Shown here one piece after another: positions 1 through 8,877 of a stretch of 33,453 nt of DNA (within the stretch, counting starts at the first letter, position 1; the number at the start of each line of letters is the position of its first letter). A model generated the notes under the pieces. The model was not told where the DNA came from, made no database searches, and was given only the letters and a program-made list of their open reading frames with translations. A program made the translations under genes and the position numbers. Origin of the DNA: Bacillota bacterium (lineage in GTDB: Bacteria; Bacillota; Clostridia; Acetivibrionales; DTU013); NCBI GenBank assembly GCA_023411645.1, contig JAEYON010000104.1, forward strand, positions 1 through 33,453. The letters run 5' to 3'.

Positions 1-1948
1 AATCGAGTAGGGGGAAATTTCTTCCCCCTCTCACACCACCTGGCATGCCGTTCGGCACCAGGCGGTTCAATTCAAATAGTAATCCACACAACTAATGAGT
101 CCTCGTTTTGCGAGGATTTCTTTTGAGATTTTATTGAGTCCTGTTGTTTTGACGACTGCTTGATAGTGATTAGCAAAACCAACTGACTGTTTCGCCATCC
201 ACTCAGGCACTCCCAGTTTCCGCAGTCCCCAGTATCTCTTTTGGCTGGTTTTCCATTGTTTCCATATCACAATTCGCATTCTCGCACGCAAGTGCTTATC
301 TATACGAATCATGTTCTGTTTCATCTTTCCATTTCGGAAATAGTTAATCCAGCCTCTAATGACCCAGTTCAGTCTCTGAATCCTTTCATCCATACTGACT
401 GACCATGAGCGTTTGGTTAGCTTCTTCAGCTTTCGTTCAAAATTCTTTACAGATTCTTGATGTGGCCTTGCTTCCCATCTGTCACCCATCTTCACAAATC
501 CAAATCCTAGATACTTTAGGTTGCTTGGTTTCGTTATCCTCGTCTTTGTCATGTTCACTTTTAGTCCGAGCTTTCTTTCTATCCACTTTGTTACGGTGTT
601 CATCACCCGATTTGCTGCTGCGCTGCTTCCTACCGTGATTACGCAGTCATCTGCATATCTGACAAAGTTCAGTCCTCTTGCTTCCAGTTCCTTATCCAGC
701 TCGTTTAGCATGATGTTGCTGAGAATTGGCGATAGGTTTCCGCCCTGTGGTGTTCCCGTGTTGGTGGCTTCGTACCTCCCCTTTACCATTACTCCCGCTT
801 TTAGGTATTTACTTATCAGCGATTCTGTGTCTGGGTCTTTTACGATTTTACCAACTAGGGTCATCAGCTTGTCTTGTGGTACATTATCAAAGAACTTCTC
901 TAAGTCTATGTCTACTATGTAGATGTATCCATCATTGAGATATTCAAGCAGCTTTACGACTGCCTGTTGCGCTCTCCTACCGGGCCTAAATCCATAACTG
1001 TAGTCACTAAAGTATGGTTCTACAATCGGTGTTATCGCCTGCACGATTGCCTGTTCTAAGATTCTGTCTACCACGCTTGGTATCCCCAACTTCCGCACTC
1101 CTCCAGCTGGCTTCGGTATTTCTACTCGAAGTACCGGTTGGGGTTTATACTTTCGTTTTTGGATACGCTCCTTGATACTCACCCAGTTTTCTTGGAGGTA
1201 CTCTTGAATCTCATCTACTGAGATTCCATCTACCCCACTTGCACCCTTGTTCGCCTTCACCTTCTTATAGGCTAGAGTCATGTTCTCTCGACTGAGTATC
1301 TCTTCCATTAGTTGGCTCATGCTCGTCTCCTTTTCTTCTTTGCTCTCGTGTATATTAGCCCTACCCCCTGTGAATCTTTCACTCCGTTACGTCTTTGCTA
1401 TTCCGATTCTCGTCGGGCCTATACACTCACATTCTAAAGTCCATTTGACCTTGAATTGTTCGACCCTTCCTGATTTCTCAGTACTATGGTCTCTGCTGAC
1501 TTCTCACAGTTCGTTGTTACTACAGATTTCCCTGTCTGTGAGACCTCACGGGATAAGTCATCAATCTTTCCTCGTCTACCTGCCTAATTTACCTACATGG
1601 GTTACGGTTACCTTTTGGACTTCACCGCTTCTAGCCAGCTCATCCGCCATGCAAGCCTTGGTATTAGATTTCTGTTCGTCAGGCTACGATTTCGCCATTG
1701 CTTCTTCTCTCCCACACCTCACGATGTGAAACTTGCAAGTCGCTTTAGGGTTCGTCGGCAACTACGCCCCTTGTGGACTTTCACCACAGATTGACGGCAT
1801 GCCCGTCATACCAGAAAAAGAGGATGATCCGTTAAGATCATCCTCTTACATTTAAACCCGAAAAGCCGTTCCCCCATATTTTGACACCTAGCCCAAGGCC
1901 AGGTGGGTGCCCTGATGGCAACTTCAATCTTCCACTGCCGTTTCACAC
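1..1948 (-). mobile_element. Bacterial group II intron. The 3' end (domains V/VI) probably runs off the window start. The 5' end is tentatively at the GUGUG at 1944-1948.
   Basis: There is an RT/maturase ORF with no host-gene context. About 630 nt of non-coding, structured sequence lies between the ORF start (1320) and a GTGTG (reverse complement of 1944-1948) that matches the GUGYG intron 5' consensus. The 66 nt after the ORF stop form GC-rich hairpins (CCGCCUGG...CCAGGUGG and AGGGGGAA...UUCCCCCU) of the kind expected for domains IV/V/VI. The plus-strand ORFs in this span are short and low-complexity. Confidence 0.6.
67..1320 (-). CDS. ltrA: Group II intron-encoded reverse transcriptase/maturase (IEP). 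There is no HNH endonuclease domain (En-minus).
   Basis: The 417-aa protein has RT motifs (GIPSVVDRILEQA, FVRYADDCVI with the YADD catalytic motif) and a maturase/X domain (RGWINYF, YWGLRKLG). The C-terminus lacks CxxC/HNH motifs. Confidence 0.9.
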   Translation of the reverse strand: MSQLMEEILSRENMTLAYKKVKANKGASGVDGISVDEIQEYLQENWVSIKERIQKRKYKPQPVLRVEIPKPAGGVRKLGIPSVVDRILEQAIVQAITPIVEPYFSDYSYGFRPGRRAQQAVVKLLEYLNDGYIYIVDIDLEKFFDNVPQDKLMTLVGKIVKDPDTESLISKYLKAGVMVKGRYEATNTGTPQGGNLSPILSNIMLNELDKELEARGLNFVRYADDCVITVGSSAAANRVMNTVTKWIERKLGLKVNMTKTRITKPSNLKYLGFGFVKMGDRWEARPHQESVKNFERKLKKLTKRSWSVSMDERIQRLNWVIRGWINYFRNGKMKQNMIRIDKHLRARMRIVIWKQWKTSQKRYWGLRKLGVPEWMAKQSVGFANHYQAVVKTTGLNKISKEILAKRGLISCVDYYLN

Positions 1949-2236
1949 GGACATGCCGTATGCCGGAATTAGCTTGTGGCCTGATATGTTCTGCCAGACG
2001 TTGGACTCCCGTTTAAATAATGTAGGTTCAAAATAATAGGTTTATCCGAGCATTTCAGGTCAACTTGCTGTTTTTTTTGTACCTAGATTATATCATCGTT
2101 ACAAGGGTTCGACAACAAACAGCAAGCGCAATTAAGCCCTTAAAACAAGCAATTTTTCACTCTGCCTTTAATTTTCTTCGGAATGCATATAAATAGCTTG
2201 CTTCCGGCTGGTACATTATGGTACTGCCATAGAATT

Positions 2237-2494
2237 TCAGTAAATTTTCACATACTTATTTTTCATAACCTGCGGCACAACCTGATACATCTCCCTGATC
2301 ATAATCCTGTTCGCCTGTGCCTGCTGCAGTACGAGATCCTTATACTCTAGCGGAAATCTCAGACAATACCCGCAACCACCCTTCGCAATCTGGCACGGTG
2401 TAGATATCACTTCAAAGACATAGCCCTTCCTCTCAAGAATGCTGCAAAGCTGCAATGCATAATTGCCTGAATCCACAATTGCGATACCAAACAT
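2237..2494 (-). CDS. DUF3343-like small protein (putative Se/S carrier-like). The ORF-track start at 2503 is a GTG; the ATG at 2494 has a better RBS.
   Basis: It is about 85 aa with a CGYCLRF motif typical of DUF3343. An RBS (GGGAGAG) lies about 9 nt upstream of the ATG at 2492-2494. Confidence 0.5.
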   Translation of the reverse strand: MFGIAIVDSGNYALQLCSILERKGYVFEVISTPCQIAKGGCGYCLRFPLEYKDLVLQQAQANRIMIREMYQVVPQVMKNKYVKIY

Positions 2495-2597
2495 ACCCTT
2501 CACTCTCCCAAGAAAAACAGATTTGTTACACTGTATATGTTATTGAGAGAGTACACATAACGTGACATCGCCGCTTTCGCACACAAGTCAGCCCGCT

Positions 2598-3590
2598 TTA
2601 TCCGCCGATCTTCTGCTCTCTTGCATAATAAAACAAGTATTGCTGAGCCACACCGGCGTTTACACCGAATTGCTCCGCCGCAAACTGCTGAATTTCCTTG
2701 AAGCTGGCCTCCCTTTTAAAGTATAGCTCTTCCATCACGCGCCTGACCCACACATCCGTCGGAAAAACGTCCCTCTTGATACCGCTGTATAGCAGAATAC
2801 AGTCCGCCACCTTATTTCCGACTCCCATAAGCTTGAGCAGCGTCTCTCTCGCTTCATTCGTCTCCATAACGGCCAGTCTCTGCGGGTCAAATCCACCAAC
2901 AAGTACAGCTCTAGAAGTTTCGTGGATATACGAGCACCTATATCCCGCTCTACATTCCTGTATCTGCTCCAGAGTGCATGCGGCCAGCTCAGGAGGATTC
3001 GGGAAGGTGTAATACTTCGCTCCATCATACTCAATTTGCGCTCCGAAAAGTCTGCTTATATCATCTATAATTTTTTTTATTCGCGGAATTCTGTTGTTAG
3101 CCGAAAGGATAAATGAGATCAAGACCTCCCAGGGCTCCTGGCGCAGTATTCTAATCCCGCTGCCAAATTCGACAGCCCTTTTCATAATGGGGTCAATGCT
3201 GACCGCTTTTTTGATCAGTGAATAATCTGTACCAAGGTCAAAATAGTCAAACCAGAACTGCAGGAAATCTTCTATCGTCACATTCTCCAGTACAAGTGTG
3301 GCGGAAGAATCTGATATGGCGGGCGTATCCGGTGTGTACAACGAGCCATGTGTATAAGTTGCATCCGGTGTATACGTCACATTGGCGACCTTCCCGCGCA
3401 CAACTCCCGTGTAGCTTCCATTAGGCTGCCTCTGCCACCTGAAGCATTGCCCGCATTCAAAAATATGCACCGGATCAAAATCCCTTACACCCTGCACTAT
3501 AACGCGGTTGCCTGCAGAATCTGCACTTCCTGCCATATTCTCAGCATGTACCTCATATCCCCTGTAAATCATTTTGCTGATATCTCCCAT
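2598..3590 (-). CDS. ogg: 8-oxoguanine DNA glycosylase (OGG1-type N-domain plus HhH-GPD).
   Basis: It has an OGG N-domain motif (DPVHIFECGQCFRW) and an HhH-GPD region (LMGVGNKVADCILLYS). The start may instead be the internal Met at 3572, where GGGAGA lies upstream. Confidence 0.8.
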   Translation of the reverse strand: MGDISKMIYRGYEVHAENMAGSADSAGNRVIVQGVRDFDPVHIFECGQCFRWQRQPNGSYTGVVRGKVANVTYTPDATYTHGSLYTPDTPAISDSSATLVLENVTIEDFLQFWFDYFDLGTDYSLIKKAVSIDPIMKRAVEFGSGIRILRQEPWEVLISFILSANNRIPRIKKIIDDISRLFGAQIEYDGAKYYTFPNPPELAACTLEQIQECRAGYRCSYIHETSRAVLVGGFDPQRLAVMETNEARETLLKLMGVGNKVADCILLYSGIKRDVFPTDVWVRRVMEELYFKREASFKEIQQFAAEQFGVNAGVAQQYLFYYAREQKIGG

Positions 3591-3680
3591 CTGATGTTTC
3601 TGCTCAAAGGTTTTGTTATTGATATTGTGTAGTAACGGAAACTTTAGTGGAATGAATACAATATCAATAATAATCTAAGT

Positions 3681-3712
3681 AATAACCGGCTTTAATTCGT
3701 CAATAACCGGCT
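3681..3712. promoter_or_regulatory. Two exact 11-bp direct repeats of AATAACCGGCT, spaced 21 bp centre to centre, in the divergent ogg / CxxC-protein promoter region.
   Basis: Exact copies are at 3681-3691 and 3702-3712. A 21-bp period equals two helical turns. A TATAAT-like -10 (gctataataac) is at about 3748. Confidence 0.35.
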
Positions 3713-3790
3713 CTCTCCGCCATGCTATATATTTTATAAACATCATGCTATAATAACACTATCCATTGTATCATACTTCAGGAGGAACCC

Positions 3791-4588
3791 ATGAAAGAAA
3801 AAATTTACACGATACCGGTCACGGAGGCCTTTGAACAGGATTGCGAATGTCCCCTATGCCTGCTGCAAAGTAGACTGGAAAAGGAATACACAGATTATTA
3901 TCTTGGCCCTGCGCTGATGGAACCGGACAGCAGGATCGATACAAATAAAAGAGGTTTTTGCCGCAGACACTTCGAAATGCTTTACAATCGGCAGGAAAAT
4001 CGTCTGGGTCTGGCTCTTGAGACTCATACCCATCTAAAGGAGAAGCTGGCTGAAATCAAAGAGCTCGGCAAGGACATTCTCAGCGAGGCAAATTCCAAAA
4101 ACCAATCCGGCTCAATTTTCGGTTCATTGTCAGGCAGATTCGGTTCAAAGGGTCAAGCCGGAACAAAAGGGCAGTCCGTTTCCTCCTCCAGCGCTAAGCT
4201 GGCTTCTATGCTCACACAGATGGAAAATAGCTGTACCGTATGCAGCCGCCTCGACTATACAATGGACAGATATCTTGATGTAATCATGTACCTGTGGTCA
4301 AATGAAGCGGATTTCAGAAAGATCTTTTCTGAAAAGAAAGGCTTTTGCCTTGTCCACCTTAACATGCTGCTCGCTGCAGCCGAAAAATATCTGAAAACAG
4401 CTGAAAGTAAAAAATTCCTGAGCTTGCTGATGCAGCAGGAGATTGAGCACCTGGAAAGGATCGAGCAGGAGCTGGAGTGGTTTACGAAAAAATTCGATTA
4501 CCGCAACAATGATGCACCCTGGGGAAACTCAAAGGATGCATTGCCCCGCAGTATACAGAAGCTGAAGGGTGTGTGCGACTTTAAATGA
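3791..4588 (+). CDS. Hypothetical protein with two duplicated CxxC...GFCxxH modules separated by a Gly/Ser-rich linker. It may belong to a DUF6062-like family.
   Basis: There is a strong RBS (caGGAGGaaccc ATG). Module 1 is CECPLC...RGFCRRHFEML and module 2 is CTVCSRL...KGFCLVHLNML. The linker is SGSIFGSLSGRFGSKGQAGTKGQSVSSSS. Confidence 0.6.
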   Translation: MKEKIYTIPVTEAFEQDCECPLCLLQSRLEKEYTDYYLGPALMEPDSRIDTNKRGFCRRHFEMLYNRQENRLGLALETHTHLKEKLAEIKELGKDILSEANSKNQSGSIFGSLSGRFGSKGQAGTKGQSVSSSSAKLASMLTQMENSCTVCSRLDYTMDRYLDVIMYLWSNEADFRKIFSEKKGFCLVHLNMLLAAAEKYLKTAESKKFLSLLMQQEIEHLERIEQELEWFTKKFDYRNNDAPWGNSKDALPRSIQKLKGVCDFK

Positions 4589-4589
4589 C

Positions 4590-5297
4590 CTACAACGAAA
4601 TATATGAATTCCCGTCAAGGGGAATCAGCACCTGCAGGGGTACAGTTCCGTCCATACGTCCCACTGCATAGATTGTATAAAATCTGCCTTCACCCAGCGA
4701 AATATTCGGCACATACAGCAGTCTTCTGTTTGTACCGCTCTGGAGCAGATAGAAAATATAAGTGCCCGCGGCTATTGGTGTGTAGTTAGTCGCCATCCCA
4801 TATGAAACGTCTTCGAACAGTTTTGTTCCGTCAGATAGTACCAGATCCATGTCCGGGCTGCTTGGGACCAAATTTGCAAAACGAAGGTACAGCATACCGG
4901 GTGGAATCCGTATCACTGTTTCAAAAAATGTTTTCATGCTGTATGCAGGGGCTGCCCCTATGAATACAGCCGTATTGATCGACTGAACAGGCAGGTCTAT
5001 GTCAGTGTTCAGCAGGACGGGACCTGTGGTTCCCGCCCGGAATATCTGAATATTGTATCTTCCCGGCAGCATTTGCAGGTATTCGGTGAACCCCCTGTAG
5101 CCCAGACCCGATGCAATCAGGCTCCTGTTCGCATAAATATCCACCGGCGGTGTGCCTGGCGAGGCATGCAGCAGACGAATGTAGGAAAATGTCTGACGCG
5201 TTTGAGGATATGGCCGCCACGCAAACTGCCGGCTCATATATGGACATGGATGCAGATTCATGCCCGATCCAAATTGATATCCATTATATGCATTCAT
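4590..5297 (-). CDS. DUF4397 domain protein.
   Basis: It has the motif LLHASPGTPPVDIYANRSL, typical of DUF4397 (HASPDAPAVDVY). An AAGGAG RBS lies 7 nt upstream of the ATG. Confidence 0.55.
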   Translation of the reverse strand: MNAYNGYQFGSGMNLHPCPYMSRQFAWRPYPQTRQTFSYIRLLHASPGTPPVDIYANRSLIASGLGYRGFTEYLQMLPGRYNIQIFRAGTTGPVLLNTDIDLPVQSINTAVFIGAAPAYSMKTFFETVIRIPPGMLYLRFANLVPSSPDMDLVLSDGTKLFEDVSYGMATNYTPIAAGTYIFYLLQSGTNRRLLYVPNISLGEGRFYTIYAVGRMDGTVPLQVLIPLDGNSYISL

Positions 5298-5323
5298 GAA
5301 AATCTCCTTTGCTCCGCAAATGG

Positions 5324-5360
5324 CTATAAAAAAATACCATGGAGCAGTACTCCATGGTAT
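5324..5360 (-). terminator. Rho-independent terminator of the alcohol dehydrogenase gene.
   Basis: A perfect 11-bp inverted repeat ATACCATGGAG/CTCCATGGTAT (5334-5344 and 5350-5360) with a 5-nt loop is followed on the minus strand by a run of seven U residues. Confidence 0.75.
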
Positions 5361-5421
5361 CAGTATATTTTGCGTGCGTGAGAAAGGTACCGAATCGCAT
5401 CTGACAAAGATAGTAAATACT

Positions 5422-6585
5422 CTATTTAGCCAGTTTATATATGTTCACGATATCATCCTTCTTCAGCTTCATAAAACTGCCCATCGTCCCAGAACCTACT
5501 AACTTTTGAGCCATTTCCTCAAAACGGTCATCCGTGATGCCAGCTTCGCTCAGACGGGTCGGAAGCCCAATACCCTTGAAAAAGCTTTCTGTTCTTGAAA
5601 TCCCCTCCAAGGCCGTCCTCTCAGGGTTGGAGAAATCCTGCTCAACCTTCCAGACTCTGACGGCGAACTGCACAAAACGGTTCATATTGTTCTTGTAGAC
5701 ATATTTCATCCAGGCCGGGAATATGATCGCAAGGCCTGCGCCATGAGCAATATCATAGATACCGCTCAGCTCATGCTCAATACCGTGTGAAGACCAGTCT
5801 TCCTCCCTGCCGCAGCCAAGAAGATCATTGTGGGCTACGGTACCGGCCCATAAAACTTCTGCGAATGCATCGTAATTGTTTAAATTTTTCAATACCAGCG
5901 GCACATTATTAATTATCGTCGTCAGCGTAGCTTCGCTGAGCCTGTCAGTAAACTCCACATCAGGTGTGTTGGTAAAATACCTTTCCATGACATGAGCCAT
6001 TATGTCGGACGCTCCGCAAGCAACCTGATATTCTGGAAGAGTAAAGCATAATTCCGGATTCAGAATAGAGAATTGCGGACGCAGGAAATCATACCCTATA
6101 TCTCTCTTCAACTGTCCTTCCTCTTTGGTAACAACAGAAGCGCCGCTGCTTTCGCTTCCTGCCGCCGGAATGGTCAGAATGACCCCAATCGGAAGCGCTT
6201 GCGAAGCCGTATCCTTTTTCATATAAAGATCCCATACATCTCCGCTATAGCATACTCCGACCGCAATACCTTTTGCCGAATCAATGACGCTTCCTCCGCC
6301 TACAGCAAGTATAAAACCAATGTCGTTCTTTTTACACAGCTCGATCCCTTCATATATCAAACTAAGCCTCGGATTGGGCTTGACACCACTAAGCTCGACA
6401 AACTCAACTCCTGCCTCCTGCAAGGATTTGACGACCTTATCGTATAAGCCTGATTTTTTAATACTTCCCCCTCCGTAGTGCAGCAAAACCTTCTTCGCAT
6501 ACTTCCTGACTTCGGTGCCGACAGTGTATTCTGTTCCCTTTCCGAACAGGATCCGGGTGGTGTTTTGAAATATAAAATTATTCAT
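5422..6585 (-). CDS. Iron-containing (type III) alcohol dehydrogenase, butanol dehydrogenase / YqhD-like.
   Basis: It has the Fe-ADH signatures GGGSVIDSAKGIAVG, the His-rich metal site region and AHxxEHELS. The RBS is GGAGGTAAAGT ATG. Confidence 0.85.
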   Translation of the reverse strand: MNNFIFQNTTRILFGKGTEYTVGTEVRKYAKKVLLHYGGGSIKKSGLYDKVVKSLQEAGVEFVELSGVKPNPRLSLIYEGIELCKKNDIGFILAVGGGSVIDSAKGIAVGVCYSGDVWDLYMKKDTASQALPIGVILTIPAAGSESSGASVVTKEEGQLKRDIGYDFLRPQFSILNPELCFTLPEYQVACGASDIMAHVMERYFTNTPDVEFTDRLSEATLTTIINNVPLVLKNLNNYDAFAEVLWAGTVAHNDLLGCGREEDWSSHGIEHELSGIYDIAHGAGLAIIFPAWMKYVYKNNMNRFVQFAVRVWKVEQDFSNPERTALEGISRTESFFKGIGLPTRLSEAGITDDRFEEMAQKLVGSGTMGSFMKLKKDDIVNIYKLAK

Positions 6586-6638
6586 ACTTTACCTCCGCCA
6601 TTTAAGCATATTAGTATCACTTAACAATATACCCTATT

Positions 6639-7457
6639 CTATTTCTCAACAACCAAGCTTCTTACCGCCACATTGAACTGTTTTATATTCAACGCGGTCA
6701 GCTTTTCCACTTCCTCACTGACCTTCTGCTGTATTTCCCTTACCAATTCACGTATCTTGAAGCCATATACCAGCACCAGATCAATCTCAATATAGGTGCC
6801 CTCGGGCCTGTTTTCCGCTCTGAACCTGGTTATTTTATTCACTCCCGGAATGTTAATCACCACATATTCAATGATCTGATATATAGTATAATCTGATATG
6901 GTATAACTGCCAAGATAACTGAAGGTTGGCCTTACAACCGATTTCTCACCGTCCAGCTGAAAATTAATCTTTCCCTTGCGTCTGAAGATTTTAAGCGGAT
7001 CGAGGAAATACCCTGAAAAGTCCTGCTTGATCTCAAATGTTGGAACCGGAATAACATGTTTTCCCTGTTCCCTTCTGGTGGCAATAGCCTGCTTGATTTC
7101 AAATTCATCGGCTACATCTTCAATGTAAATAATCTCACTTATGTCGGGCAGCTTTAGCCTGTTAGCAATCTTTACAACCATACCGTCAGAAGTCCCAAGA
7201 ATAAGTATAGACTCAGGGTTATGAACCCGTATTGCCTCCATTACCTCATTTGCGTATGCATCATCCGTGAACAACGCATGCTTGATGGACCCAACTCTGG
7301 TCTTCTCCCTTTTGGCCGATGTTCCGGCAATGACCCGATTAACCTTAATGAACAATCCGTCATCAATAATATATTCTATGCCCCGTTCTCTGGCCACCCA
7401 TGAAGCTCTGTGACTCTTGCCGGTACCGCTTGCTCCTACAAAACCGACTGTTTTCAA
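6639..7457 (-). CDS. Fusion protein: an N-terminal HprK-C-like P-loop kinase domain plus a C-terminal Asp23/Gls24-like domain. It uses a TTG start.
   Basis: The N-terminus (VGFVGASGTGKSHRASWVARERGIEYIIDDGLF) resembles the HPr kinase P-loop region (GxSGxGKSE...ADD). The C-terminus (VINIPGVNKITRFRAENRPEGTYIEIDLVLVYGFKIRELVREIQQKVSEEVEKLT) resembles the Asp23 family. A GGGAGGG RBS lies 8 nt upstream of the TTG. Confidence 0.6.
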   Translation of the reverse strand: MKTVGFVGASGTGKSHRASWVARERGIEYIIDDGLFIKVNRVIAGTSAKREKTRVGSIKHALFTDDAYANEVMEAIRVHNPESILILGTSDGMVVKIANRLKLPDISEIIYIEDVADEFEIKQAIATRREQGKHVIPVPTFEIKQDFSGYFLDPLKIFRRKGKINFQLDGEKSVVRPTFSYLGSYTISDYTIYQIIEYVVINIPGVNKITRFRAENRPEGTYIEIDLVLVYGFKIRELVREIQQKVSEEVEKLTALNIKQFNVAVRSLVVEK

Positions 7458-7564
7458 TCAGTGACCCTCCCGATATTTTGCGATGCCTTTATCTTATCAG
7501 AACAGGCGGAAACTGGCAACATCAGCCGCATAAATGAGAGCCGGATGCCCCATAAATGGGAAAA

Positions 7565-7596
7565 AGAGAGCCAATTGACTCTCTTTTCTTTTCCCG
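7565..7596. terminator. Weak AT-rich bidirectional hairpin, a likely terminator for the ytxC-like gene.
   Basis: AGAGAG-CCAATTGA-CTCTCT is flanked by an A-run upstream and a T-run downstream. The minus strand reads hairpin then UUUUUCCCAUUU. Confidence 0.35.
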
Positions 7597-7809
7597 GATT
7601 TTCATCATTTGTACACTTGATTATTTTGTCGTGAGTTACTTAAATGCTTTATCTTTAGTAAAAAATATAAAATTTCATTATCAACTATATTATGTACAAG
7701 CAAAACGTCTTTTATACATTATATTGTGCTACACGTATATTTTATCACGACATTTTATCTTGTCAATATATATATGAAATTATTTAGCTAATAATGCCAA
7801 ATTTTGATG

Positions 7810-8724
7810 TCACTTTTTAGTTTCACTCTTCGAAAGCTTCTGTGAACACAGATTACAACCCTGGCAGAGAATTATCCGGCCTGAAAAAACATTTTTTATT
7901 GTCTCCATCAGCTCTTTATTTCTAAATTGTCCAGTGCAATGAATAACGATCTTCCTTGGGGCAAATGTAATCAACGAACTGACCAGCAAATCATCATAAT
8001 TGATTTCTCCTTCTGAAATCTCATTCACATACTCCTGTATGCACTCATTGGTGATTTCCTTCTTTGATCCATCCAGCAGCATATACCTGTCGTCATAACC
8101 AACAATTACATGAACCGTATCAATCTTTGGCTCCTGAATATCGACAAAATACCTCAGCAGCCTGATGAACTCACGGTATTCCCGATCCATAAGGAAATCG
8201 TCCACGGCCTTATCCACCACATCCTCCAGATCCTTGATATACTCTTTGAGTCTGAAATTCACAAAGCCATCCAGAATAATGTTGTTGGTATTCTCGAAGT
8301 AGTCCAATAAACGCCTTACAATCACATTCCTTCTTCTGATCTGGAAAAGGTTGTTGAGAAAAGTCTTGTCTTCGTTTCTGATAATGTTAAGCGAACGGTT
8401 TAGTATTTCCCTTTTTTCTACAGCGTTAAAATAGCAGAAATTGCCATGGATAATTCTTGACAGGAGGCGTTCCTCGTATTGCCTGATAATGTAATCTGCT
8501 AATGCGTTGGATATATATGTTTTGAGCACCTTGTACGACTCCATGGATCTTTCGCGATAAAATCTGCCATCGTTCACAGTGCATATAATTGAAGTCGATC
8601 CTTCTGAATTTATCTCATTGATGGTGTAGCTGATCTTTTTGTTTTTCAATTGCCGGAGCTCATCCTTAATGTGCTGTATTACCTCGTCAGCGCTTCCGTT
8701 TACTCCGATGCAAAGAAACTGCAT
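7810..8724 (-). CDS. ytxC: YtxC-like putative sporulation protein.
   Basis: It is about 300 aa. Its length, composition and Cys pair (HCTGQF...CQGCNLC) resemble the YtxC-like family as I remember it. The track start at 8733 is a GTG; the ATG at 8724 has a GAAGGGA RBS about 10 nt upstream. Confidence 0.45.
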   Translation of the reverse strand: MQFLCIGVNGSADEVIQHIKDELRQLKNKKISYTINEINSEGSTSIICTVNDGRFYRERSMESYKVLKTYISNALADYIIRQYEERLLSRIIHGNFCYFNAVEKREILNRSLNIIRNEDKTFLNNLFQIRRRNVIVRRLLDYFENTNNIILDGFVNFRLKEYIKDLEDVVDKAVDDFLMDREYREFIRLLRYFVDIQEPKIDTVHVIVGYDDRYMLLDGSKKEITNECIQEYVNEISEGEINYDDLLVSSLITFAPRKIVIHCTGQFRNKELMETIKNVFSGRIILCQGCNLCSQKLSKSETKK

Positions 8725-8877
8725 CGACTTCACATCCCTTCAAGTGCTAGTATGTGTCTTCGTAAAATGTTGTATGCAGCTCAGAATATATGCAAATAAT
8801 CCCACGGCATCAGCAAATATCCCAGCTTTTGCATCATTCTAAGCTATATCTATTTTATTATATGTTGAAACAGTGAG

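Noticed and set aside
405-1794. Several plus-strand ORFs (77-149 aa) overlapping the intron ORF and its upstream RNA domains.
   Set aside because: They are antisense to a clearly homologous RT/maturase or lie within structured intron RNA. Their products are low-complexity and Ser/Leu-rich, and they have no RBS.
1949-2236. T-run after a weak stem (GCATTTCAGGTCAACTTGCTGTTTTTTTT, about 2047-2077), considered as a plus-strand terminator or as the intron insertion target.
   Set aside because: The stem is only about 4 bp. There is no plus-strand gene upstream. I could not find a convincing minus-strand terminator abutting the intron 5' end, so the target motif is unresolved.
7556-7777. 73-aa ORF in the AT-rich spacer.
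   Set aside because: Its Ile/Tyr/Leu low-complexity composition is what AT-rich DNA gives by default. It has no RBS.
8734-8877. Possible SigE-type promoter (ATATATT ... CATACAAC) upstream of the ytxC-like gene.
   Set aside because: The spacing between the -35-like and -10-like elements is about 8 nt rather than the 14 nt or so expected, so the match is not convincing.
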